This document shows positions 55,846 to 64,000 of a stretch of DNA of 64,000 bases, in pieces (the stretch's first letter is position 1; the number at the start of each line of letters is the position of its first letter). Under the pieces are notes generated by a model. That model did not search any database and was not told where the DNA came from. It saw nothing but the letters and a program-made list of their open reading frames with translations. The translations under genes were made by a program, and so were the position numbers. The stretch is taken from the NCBI GenBank assembly GCA_963748825.1, contig CAVVKN010000023.1:224001-288000 (forward strand). Direction: 5' to 3'. Origin of the DNA: Methanotrichaceae archaeon (GTDB taxonomy: Archaea; Halobacteriota; Methanosarcinia; Methanotrichales; Methanotrichaceae).

Positions 55846-56736
55846 ATGTTTGTATTAAAAGCTGATGAGCTTGGGCTGCAGAATGAAGGATTTATCGGCA
55901 TGGGATGGCTGCGCGAACTGCCAGACTTCAGGGATTACACCTTTAGTACACCCTCAATAAAGGCTCTACTCGGCAAGATTGATTTCCCTAAAGCGCCACC
56001 ATCATCAATAGACTTGAGGACTTGGTGCGCTCCAATTGAAAACCAGGGCCAGCTAGGATCATGTACAGCAAACGCGGGTGTGGGCTTATTCGAGTACTTT
56101 GAGAAAAAGGCCTCTAATTCATATATCGACGCATCCCGTCTATTCCTTTACAAGACCACCAGAAATCTCATGGGTCTCACTGGCGACACCGGCGCGTACC
56201 TTAGGACGACTGCGGCAGCCATGCTCCTCTTCGGAGTTCCACCGGAAAAATACTATCAATACATAATCAGCAAGTTTGATGACGAACCGACCGCATTTTT
56301 ATATGCCTTCGCCGAAAACTACAAGGCGCTTCAGTACTACCGGTACGATCCTCCGGGAACAACCAAAGCGAAGCTGTTGACTGCCATAAAAGAAAACCTC
56401 TCTGCTGGACTGCCTTCCATGTTCGGATTCACAGTCTACAGTTCAATCAGTCAGGCCGCTACATCGGGCTTGATACCATTACCGGCTAATGGCGAAAATG
56501 TGCTGGGAGGTCATGCCATAGATGCAGTAGGATACGATGACGCTAAGGTTATCACCAACGCCAATAACAATAAATCCACCAAAGGAGCCTTCTTGATCAG
56601 GAATAGCTGGGGCACAGGTTGGGGCAGCAAAGGATATGGCTGGTTGCCGTACGATTATGTCTTAAACGGCTTAGCCAGCGATTGGTGGTCACTGCTAAAA
56701 GCCGAATGGGTTGACTCCGGTATGTTCGGTATTTAG
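55846..56736 (+). CDS. Papain-family (C1A) cysteine peptidase
   Basis: NQGQLGSCTA, GGHAI and RNSWG motifs; GGAGGA RBS. Confidence 0.93.
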   Translation: MFVLKADELGLQNEGFIGMGWLRELPDFRDYTFSTPSIKALLGKIDFPKAPPSSIDLRTWCAPIENQGQLGSCTANAGVGLFEYFEKKASNSYIDASRLFLYKTTRNLMGLTGDTGAYLRTTAAAMLLFGVPPEKYYQYIISKFDDEPTAFLYAFAENYKALQYYRYDPPGTTKAKLLTAIKENLSAGLPSMFGFTVYSSISQAATSGLIPLPANGENVLGGHAIDAVGYDDAKVITNANNNKSTKGAFLIRNSWGTGWGSKGYGWLPYDYVLNGLASDWWSLLKAEWVDSGMFGI

Positions 56737-56761
56737 AAAAGATTTTTCTTATGGGATTTCA

Positions 56762-56796
56762 GGGGCGGTTTGGCTTTGCCCCGCCCCGCTTTTTTT
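56762..56796 (+). terminator. Hairpin plus T-tract between convergent genes
   Basis: GGGGCGG...CCGCCCC followed by T7. Confidence 0.55.
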
Positions 56797-57670
56797 AGCT
56801 CCTGCGGATCATGGTGCCCACGCCTTCCGTGGTGAGCAGCTCCAGCAGTATGGCGTGATGCTTTCTGCCGTCTATGATGTGGGCTTTCTCCACCCCTTCC
56901 CGCACCACGGCAACGCATGCTTCCACTTTTGGAATCATGCCGCCCTTGATGACGCCCTCCGCCACCAGACGGTCGAAGTCGGATGCCGGAAACTCGGATA
57001 TGACGCTTGCCGGGTCGTCCGGATTCATGCGCACACCCTCCACATCGGTGATGGAGAAGAGCTTCTTGGCCCGCATGGCAACAGCCACAGCTCCGGCCAC
57101 GGTGTCGGCATTGACATTCAGGTTATTGCCCTGGCCGTCAGCCGCTATTGGAGAGATGACGGGGATATAGCCCTTGCCAGCCATGATCATTAGTATCTCC
57201 GGGTCCACCTTCTCCACATCGCCTACGAATCCCAGGTCCACAGGCTCCATGCCCTCTACCTTGAGCAGTGCCTTCTTCCTGGCTTTCAGGAACATGCCGT
57301 CCTGGCCGGAAAGTCCGATGCCCTTGCCTCCGTGCTTGCTGATGAGGTTGACAAGCTCCGCATTGATGTTGCCGAGCAATACCATGCGTGCGATGCCCAG
57401 TGTCTCTCTATCGGTGACACGAAGGCCCCCCACGAACTCGGCCTTCTTGCCGAACTTCTCCATGGCCTGGGAGATCTCAGGGCCGCCGCCGTGCACAATG
57501 ATGGGATGGATGCCGATGTAGCGCAATAGCACAATGTCCTGGATGAAATCCTCCAGCACGGTGCGGTCAGACATGATCGATCCGCCGATCTTGAAGACCA
57601 TTATGCTGTCGTAGAACTCACGAATGTAAGGCAGAGCCTCAATGAGCACCTGTTCTCTCTTAGCTGTCAC
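56795..57670 (-). CDS. argB: Acetylglutamate kinase
   Basis: EALPYI, VHGGGPEI, GLRVTD, NVNAD and GGMIPK motifs. Confidence 0.95.
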   Translation of the reverse strand: MTAKREQVLIEALPYIREFYDSIMVFKIGGSIMSDRTVLEDFIQDIVLLRYIGIHPIIVHGGGPEISQAMEKFGKKAEFVGGLRVTDRETLGIARMVLLGNINAELVNLISKHGGKGIGLSGQDGMFLKARKKALLKVEGMEPVDLGFVGDVEKVDPEILMIMAGKGYIPVISPIAADGQGNNLNVNADTVAGAVAVAMRAKKLFSITDVEGVRMNPDDPASVISEFPASDFDRLVAEGVIKGGMIPKVEACVAVVREGVEKAHIIDGRKHHAILLELLTTEGVGTMIRRS

Positions 57671-57683
57671 AACTCATACCCCT

Positions 57684-59390
57684 CTATTCGATGGACATCA
57701 GCACGTCGCCCGGTGTTACGGTAGTGCCTTCTTTGATGTAGATCTCTTTTACAGTTCCATTCTTGTTGGCCAGGATGTTCTGCTCCATCTTCATGGCCTC
57801 TAAGACGGCCACTGCATCTCCCTCGGCCACCTTATCGCCCTTCTTGACCTTGTAGCGGATGATAACGCCCTGCATGGGCACGGTTAATCCATCCTTGGGT
57901 GCTTTGGGCACAGCCTCCTGGATGGTCATGCCAGCCGGGGCAACCTTGACCAGATAGGACTCCCCATCGATCTCAACATTAAGGGCAATGGGCTCTGCCT
58001 TCAGAGGAGCAGACGCCGCTGCTGCGGGCTGCTTTTTGACCAGTTGCTCTTCCACAGCCGCACCCTGCAGGAACTTAAGGGCCACCTGAGGATAGAGAGC
58101 ATAAGTGAGATAATCCTCTTCCTGTTTGGCCAATTTGAGAGCATCGACTGCTTTCTTGGCGTTTTCGTATTCAGGCGGCAGCAGATCTGCGGGGCGCACG
58201 GTAATGGGCTCCTCATCGCAAAGGACCTTCAGCCTGACCTTGGGGTCGATCATAGCAGGCGACTTTCCGTAAAGGCCCTTGACATAGTCCTTGACCTCTT
58301 TGGGGACCATCTTGTATCGATCGCCTGTGATGACATTAAGAACTGCCTGCGTGCCCACTATCTGGCTGGTGGGCGTGACCAGGGGAGGATATCCCAGGTC
58401 CTTTCGAACCTTCGGTATCTCGGCCAGCACCTCATCATACTTGTCCAATGCCTTTTGCTCAATGAGCTGGGAGACCAGATTGGAGAGCATGCCGCCCGGG
58501 ACCTGATAGATCAGGACATTGGTATCCACGCGCGCAGAGATGGCATTGAAGACCGGCGCATAGATCTCCATGATCTTCTCGAAGTACCTCTTAATCTCGG
58601 TAAGAAGCTCCAGATCCAGACCTGTGTCGTAGGACGTTCCCTGCAGCGATGCCACCAGGCTCTCTGTGGCAGGCTGAGAGCTGCCGCCGGAGAGGGGCGA
58701 CATAGCCGTATCCAGGATGTCGACTCCTGCCTGGCAGGCATGGAAGTAGCTCATCTGGGCCATGCCGCTGGTGCAGTGCGTATGGAGATTCACCGGTAGG
58801 TTGACCTCCTTTTTCACAGCCCGGATAAGGTCGTAGGCATTTTGAGGGGTTATCAGTCCGGCCATATCCTTGATGCAGATAGAGTCGCATCCGAGTTCTG
58901 AGAGCTGCACGGCAAACTGCGCAAACAGCTCATTACTATGCACAGGGCTGATGGTGTAGCTAATGCCTCCCTGAACGTGCTTTTCCATCTTTTTCGCGGC
59001 TTTGATCGATCGTTCCATGTTGCGAATGTCGTTCACGGCATCGAAGATCCTGAAGATATCAACACCATTAGTGGCCGCCTTTTGCACAAACTTGTCCACT
59101 ACATCATCGGCATAATGCCTGTATCCGACCAGGTTCTGCCCGCGAAGCAGCATCTGCATCGGTGTATTAGGCATGGCCTTCTTTAATGCCCTCAGCCTTT
59201 CCCAGGGATCTTCGTTCAGGTACCGAATGCAGGTATCGAACGTCGCTCCGCCCCATGTTTCCAACGAGAAGAAACCAACCTGGTCCATCTTCTCCGCTAT
59301 GGGTAGCATGTCCCTGGTCCTCATCCTGGTGGCCAGAAGAGACTGGTGAGCATCCCTAAAAACCGTGTCTGTAAGCTTAACCCTGCCCAT
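57684..59390 (-). CDS. pycB: Pyruvate carboxylase subunit B (carboxyltransferase + biotin carrier)
   Basis: RDAHQSL, WGGATFD, KDMAG, HTH, PGGM and AMKM motifs. Confidence 0.9.
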   Translation of the reverse strand: MGRVKLTDTVFRDAHQSLLATRMRTRDMLPIAEKMDQVGFFSLETWGGATFDTCIRYLNEDPWERLRALKKAMPNTPMQMLLRGQNLVGYRHYADDVVDKFVQKAATNGVDIFRIFDAVNDIRNMERSIKAAKKMEKHVQGGISYTISPVHSNELFAQFAVQLSELGCDSICIKDMAGLITPQNAYDLIRAVKKEVNLPVNLHTHCTSGMAQMSYFHACQAGVDILDTAMSPLSGGSSQPATESLVASLQGTSYDTGLDLELLTEIKRYFEKIMEIYAPVFNAISARVDTNVLIYQVPGGMLSNLVSQLIEQKALDKYDEVLAEIPKVRKDLGYPPLVTPTSQIVGTQAVLNVITGDRYKMVPKEVKDYVKGLYGKSPAMIDPKVRLKVLCDEEPITVRPADLLPPEYENAKKAVDALKLAKQEEDYLTYALYPQVALKFLQGAAVEEQLVKKQPAAAASAPLKAEPIALNVEIDGESYLVKVAPAGMTIQEAVPKAPKDGLTVPMQGVIIRYKVKKGDKVAEGDAVAVLEAMKMEQNILANKNGTVKEIYIKEGTTVTPGDVLMSIE

Positions 59391-59909
59391 GAAGATCTTC
59401 TCCTATACGGTCCCTCTTCTTTAAAACCCCTTCGCCTTTTGCTTTTTGATTCTCCAGCACAACCACGGATAAGCTATATAAAGCTAATGGCAAGCAGAGA
59501 ATGACAAGGGCTTTCTTATCTTATGCTACACGGCTGCTCTTTGCTCCTTTTCCAAAACGCTGCCAAGCTGTATCTAAATTGAAATCGCGAAGCTTGGTTC
59601 CACTGAAGTTACCAAATATCAAATTCTAAAAAAATAGTGGCATTTCGGTTACGGTAGGGTCATTTAGCACAATCCCTCTAGAAATTATGCAATTTTTTCT
59701 GAATTGAAGGGCTAAATTTTTAAGAATATAGCAGATATGGTCACATCTGTAAACCACATAACGGATGATACCTTTCCAGATAGTTTATGTGTGATAACTG
59801 TTAGCATTTCGCATTGAGTAATGCATTTATCAGGTCGATTCTCAGATATCTTGCCATAAGAACTGATAAACTAATTTTTAGCGGACATTTGGCATTGCCG
59901 AACTCGATT

Positions 59910-59925
59910 TGTACGGATGTGTACA
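59910..59925. promoter_or_regulatory. TGTAC-N6-GTACA palindrome upstream of a TATA-like box
   Basis: TGTACGGATGTGTACA followed by GTCTATTAATA; conserved in front of the paralog. Confidence 0.55.
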
Positions 59926-59979
59926 GTGCAAGTGTCTATTAATAATATCAATGCGTATTAATGACTGGAGTGATAAAGA

Positions 59980-60387
59980 ATGAGGCTTAGAGTTGTCAGC
60001 GCAAGAAATGAGATCCCCAATCTAAATCCCAATGAGAAGATGGTTCACCTGGCTTTTCGTGCCAGCAATGTAGATTTTCTCAATCTGATGCAAAAATGCC
60101 CCCGCCTGAGGATGATCCAGGTTCCACCTTCCTATCGCAAGACGATGTCCAATGCCATCCAGGTGTTCCTGGACATGCAGGGCATTGAGCTCTTGGAAGG
60201 AGATGTGTGGGGCCACAGAAAGGACCTGAACGAGTACTTCACCGTGGAAGGTACCACCATGGAAGAGATACGCGCCCTGGTTGCCGGAGGCACCAACATG
60301 GACGACCTGACAAGCCAGGTGCAAAAGAAGGCCAGAATCGGTCCGGAGCTCATCAAGTTCATCGCCAGAACCAAGATCACAGCTTGA
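59980..60387 (+). CDS. DUF1699-family protein, copy 1
   Basis: MRLRVVS..VHLAFR.SN..LLEGDVWGHRKD. Confidence 0.85.
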   Translation: MRLRVVSARNEIPNLNPNEKMVHLAFRASNVDFLNLMQKCPRLRMIQVPPSYRKTMSNAIQVFLDMQGIELLEGDVWGHRKDLNEYFTVEGTTMEEIRALVAGGTNMDDLTSQVQKKARIGPELIKFIARTKITA

Positions 60388-60826
60388 GACTTGAAATATG
60401 AGCCAGAACCCCCGATCTGGCTCTTCCACCGATTATTTCCTCGACTCACCCCTCTATTTTTTCTCTAATATCTTCTCTAATCCACTATATCACTACCAAC
60501 TGTGGTCCAACGGAAGTCTGCATGAGTTGAGGCTGGCACTCACAATGTTGAATTCAAAAATATTTGCCCTTTTTCGTAGCTGTGTTCTTCTCATTATTGT
60601 CAATAGTAGGCCTGAAAGATCGAAAGCTTCAGGTAAAAAATGCATTTGCCGCATTATAAGAATTAAGGGCAAACCGCAAGGCTTTGCTCTTGCCATGTTT
60701 TCTGCAGACTGCCGAGTATATTTGTCATGTTATATTTCATATTAGTCTCAGTTTTGTCAAATTTAGTACTTCAAAAGCCGTCGAGATTTGTTTTGTTAAC
60801 ATGTATATGGACGGAGGATACCGTTC

Positions 60827-60842
60827 TGTACAGATGTGTACA
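60827..60842. promoter_or_regulatory. TGTAC-N6-GTACA palindrome upstream of a TATA-like box
   Basis: TGTACAGATGTGTACA followed by GTCTATTAATA. Confidence 0.55.
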
Positions 60843-60894
60843 TCTAAAGCGTCTATTAATACAAGGAAACATTATTTAGCAAACTGGAGAATCT

Positions 60895-61302
60895 ATGAGA
60901 CTTAGAGTTGTCAGCGCAAGAAATGAGATTCCAAATCTCAACCCTAATGAAAAGACGGTCCATCTGGCTTTCCGCGCCAGCAATGTAGACTTCCTCAATC
61001 TGATGCAGAGATGCCCCAGGCTGAGGATGATTCAGGTACCTCCTTCCTACCGCAAGACCATGTCCAATGCCATCCAGGTGTTCCTGGACATGCAGGGCAT
61101 TGAACTTCTGGAAGGAGATGTTTGGGGCCACAGAAAGGATTTGGATGAGTACTTCACCGTGGACGACACCACCATGGAAGATATCCGCTCCTTGGCTGCC
61201 AGCGGTGCCAGCATGGACGAGGTAGCTAATCAGATTCAGAAGAAGGCCAGAATCGGGCCAGAGCTGATCAAGTACATCGTCAAGAGCAAGATCACAGCTT
61301 GA
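60895..61302 (+). CDS. DUF1699-family protein, copy 2
   Basis: Closely similar paralog of 59980..60387. Confidence 0.85.
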   Translation: MRLRVVSARNEIPNLNPNEKTVHLAFRASNVDFLNLMQRCPRLRMIQVPPSYRKTMSNAIQVFLDMQGIELLEGDVWGHRKDLDEYFTVDDTTMEDIRSLAASGASMDEVANQIQKKARIGPELIKYIVKSKITA

Positions 61303-61490
61303 GATTTTGAAATACGAGCCGGACTACTGATCTGGCTCCCCCCATCTATTTCGATTCTTTGTAGTTCTTTAGCAATCTCTTCTGCACCGTCCTTTCTTCA
61401 ATTATCGTTTTTTCCCTTTGGAAAAGTAAAAGAACCAGGCGGATGATGAATTGGCGGAGTAGTCACCAGGGCAATGATGTTAGGGATACT

Positions 61491-61943
61491 ATGATCAAAA
61501 AAATTATGATAGCAACGGATGGATCGGATACGAGCAAGAAGGCAGCAATGATTGGCATAGACATCGCGCACCGCGCAAACGGCAGCATCACTGCGGTCTA
61601 CGTCATGGAGATCTTGCGCCTGGCCCACCTGCCAGGATATGCGACCTTGCCGGGACTAAAAGAGAAGGTTTTAGAGCTCATGCAAGAAGAGGGGCAACAA
61701 GCAACGCAGTTCGTTGAAGATCAAGCACAGATGATGAACGTTTCCTGCCAAAAGATCGTGGCCCAGGGCAGCCCAAGTGAGGAGCTTCTCAAGGCTTCTC
61801 AAAAGCTGGGAATGGACCTCATCATCATGGGCAGCCTGGGCCGGACGGGCATAGAAAAATTTCTCCTGGGGAGCGTTGCCGAGAAAGTAGTTTTGCAGTC
61901 CACAATTCCTGTGCTCTTGATTAAAGGGGATGAGATAGGATAG
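61491..61943 (+). CDS. Universal stress protein
   Basis: KKIMIATDGS; DLIIMGSLGRTG...LGSVAEKV. Confidence 0.93.
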   Translation: MIKKIMIATDGSDTSKKAAMIGIDIAHRANGSITAVYVMEILRLAHLPGYATLPGLKEKVLELMQEEGQQATQFVEDQAQMMNVSCQKIVAQGSPSEELLKASQKLGMDLIIMGSLGRTGIEKFLLGSVAEKVVLQSTIPVLLIKGDEIG

Positions 61944-62057
61944 GTTCATCTCCTACTTCAGAAGGCAAATTGGATGCTCAATTCCTAAAAAATATTTGCG
62001 GCAGCGGCAAATCGCCCTTGCCGTCTGCCTTTACCATACAGCCAAAGGGAGATCGAT

Positions 62058-62456
62058 TTACATGCTCACGCCTGACGAGCCAAAATCGATGAAAATCCCC
62101 ACCATTTTGTTTGCTTTGAAGTATCCGTAGACAGGATAACTGCCCGGACCCGGGGTGAAATGCAGGCTACTGCCACTGTCGCTTGCGACAATTAAACCAG
62201 AGGTCACATTCAGATATCCGACGATTCGGTAGTCTGAACCAAGGCTAGGCGCACTTTGCATCTGATTGTCGCCCATTCCCATGCTCGATGCGAAGGGATC
62301 GCCGCCCACCCACGGATTTCCGATACCTTTGTTAAAGAGATTCTCTGCAACCGTTTCTACGGGACGCATCTCAACCTCGCCCACGCCAAGAGCAAGCATA
62401 GGCAGCAATAAAGCAGCTACCAGCGAGACCAATATCGCCTTTGCAAACATCTGCAT
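62058..62456 (-). CDS. Secreted hypothetical protein
   Basis: Signal peptide; AGGTGA RBS. Confidence 0.7.
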   Translation of the reverse strand: MQMFAKAILVSLVAALLLPMLALGVGEVEMRPVETVAENLFNKGIGNPWVGGDPFASSMGMGDNQMQSAPSLGSDYRIVGYLNVTSGLIVASDSGSSLHFTPGPGSYPVYGYFKANKMVGIFIDFGSSGVSM

Positions 62457-62714
62457 ATGATTTCACCTTCCTGAATATCTTTCTAATAGGATTACTTCAT
62501 TAGATTATGTATCCTAGATTATGCATTCTATATTATATTGCTTTCCCTGCAACTTTGCTACAAGATTTGAATTTACATCGAAAAATGTACTTTGAGAATG
62601 AGAAAAGAGCGAGGCGGATCTTGCCAAAAACTGCCTGGCTTTCTGGGAAAGATTTATATTGCCTTTGCGGTATTGTCAACCGAAATTCGATATTTGGTTT
62701 ACAATTCGGGAGAT

Positions 62715-64000
62715 ATGTTTACGAATCAATCCGCCATCGTAATAGTGGTTTACCTGCTGGCCACGCTGACGATTGGAGCCTGGGGGCTACGCTTGAGAGG
62801 TTTGGAGGATTTTCATCTGGCGGGCAGATGCTTGAGAAAGATCCTGCTCATAGGCACCTTCTGTGCCACGATTGTAGGGGCCTCTTCCACCATCGGCATG
62901 GCCGGCCTGGGATTTCGGAGCGGTCTGCCGGGTGCCTGGTGGATGCTCTCCGGCACCATAGGAATGCTAATCCTGTCTCTTTTTTTTGCGGAGAAGATCC
63001 GATCCAAGGGATATTATACTCTGCCGGAACTGGTTGGCTCTTTTTATGGCGAGAGGGTGAGAACTGCCGCCTCGCTTCTCATCGCCGTCTCCTGGGTTGG
63101 AGTGATTGCTGTGCAGATAGCAGCCGCTGGCAAGGTCCTCGGCGCCATATTTGGAGGAGACGGCACCATATTTATGATTGCCTGCACTCTGGTATTCGTT
63201 CTCTACACAGTGCACGGAGGGCAAAGCTCAGTAGTGAGAACCGATCTGGTGCAGTTTCTAATAATAATAACGGGAATGGTTGTCCTATTTTTTGCGGCGC
63301 TCAGTTCCGCTGGCAGCGGCCCTATTTTAAGCCAGAGCTTTCCCACATCGGCTCAAATGGGCGGATGGAAAGTATTATCCATGATAATAGTAGTGGGCTC
63401 TGCCTATCTGGTCGGCCCGGATATGTACTCGCGCCTGCTTTCCGCCTCCAGCCCCAGAGACGCAAAGATTTCGGCATTGATCGCGGCCATCATCCTCTTA
63501 CCGCTGGCATTTATCATCACATCTCTCGGCGTGTTCTGCCGGTCTCTTTATCCTGCCTCCCCCTCGGAGGGGGCCATCTTATCGCTCATGACTGGACTTC
63601 TCTCGCCTGGAATGGTGGGACTGGTAGCTGCGGCTCTTCTGGCGGCCTTTATGTCCTCGGCGGACACGAGCCTCATGACCGTGACATCCATCCTCACCTT
63701 CGATATCTACAAAAAGGCAAGACCCCAGGTAAGCCCAGCCCATCTGATGAAGATCTCCCGGATCATGGTCGTGCTCATTGGATCCTGTGCCCTCCTCCTG
63801 GCAATCTCGTTGCCCGGCATTATCAAGACCTTGCTCATCGCCTATACTGTATTTACCAGCGGCCTGCTCCTGCCAACAGTTGCCGGATTTTATAAAGAAA
63901 GGCTGGGCCTGACCTCGGGCGGAGCGCTCTGTGCGCTCGTGGGAGGAGGAACAACTGCCCTATTCCTGGGTCAAAGCTATCCACTGCTGGGCATGGCCGT
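62715..64000 (+). CDS. Sodium:solute symporter family protein, runs off the window end
   Basis: Frame from ATG 62715: DFHLAGR, YTLPEL, YTVHGG..SVVRTD..Q and AAFMSSADT; absent from the ORF track because there is no stop in the window. Confidence 0.88.
   Translation, partial: MFTNQSAIVIVVYLLATLTIGAWGLRLRGLEDFHLAGRCLRKILLIGTFCATIVGASSTIGMAGLGFRSGLPGAWWMLSGTIGMLILSLFFAEKIRSKGYYTLPELVGSFYGERVRTAASLLIAVSWVGVIAVQIAAAGKVLGAIFGGDGTIFMIACTLVFVLYTVHGGQSSVVRTDLVQFLIIITGMVVLFFAALSSAGSGPILSQSFPTSAQMGGWKVLSMIIVVGSAYLVGPDMYSRLLSASSPRDAKISALIAAIILLPLAFIITSLGVFCRSLYPASPSEGAILSLMTGLLSPGMVGLVAAALLAAFMSSADTSLMTVTSILTFDIYKKARPQVSPAHLMKISRIMVVLIGSCALLLAISLPGIIKTLLIAYTVFTSGLLLPTVAGFYKERLGLTSGGALCALVGGGTTALFLGQSYPLLGMA

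Noticed and set aside
62507-63895. 462-aa + strand ORF
   Set aside because: Alternative frame of the sodium:solute symporter starting at 62715; composition is not protein-like

Overview
Archaeal chromosomal segment, most likely from a Methanothrix-like methanogen (inferred from mcrC, DUF2124, tandem DUF1699, aglB and an archaeal eif2g-rpo7-spt4-rps24e-rps27ae cluster). Housekeeping genes include nnr, moaC, trpS, a mutS2-like gene, pheS/pheT, aglB, queD, dph5, thiL, argB, pycB, tRNA-Ser(GCT) and tRNA-Ile(GAT). There are two accessory zones. The first (~29.2-40.5 kb) has katG with a duplicated promoter, a Zn-dehydrogenase plus divergent TrpD-like pair flanked by inverted palindromes, a ~220-nt rod-shaped hairpin, an IS3 element, a truncated Glu/Lys repeat ORF and a probably catalytically dead CHAT-STAND-TPR gene. 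The second (~41.5-44.9 kb) has moaA and integrase remnants, a structured non-coding tract and a methyltransferase. Many conserved genes, including pheS, carry frameshifts, which most likely reflect consensus indel errors. The strongest leads are the rod hairpin at 34452-34672, other candidate structured RNAs, the TrpD-like cassette, the pseudo-caspase NLR-like gene and a REP-like repeat family. All calls come from reading the sequence by eye; no searches or folding computations were run.
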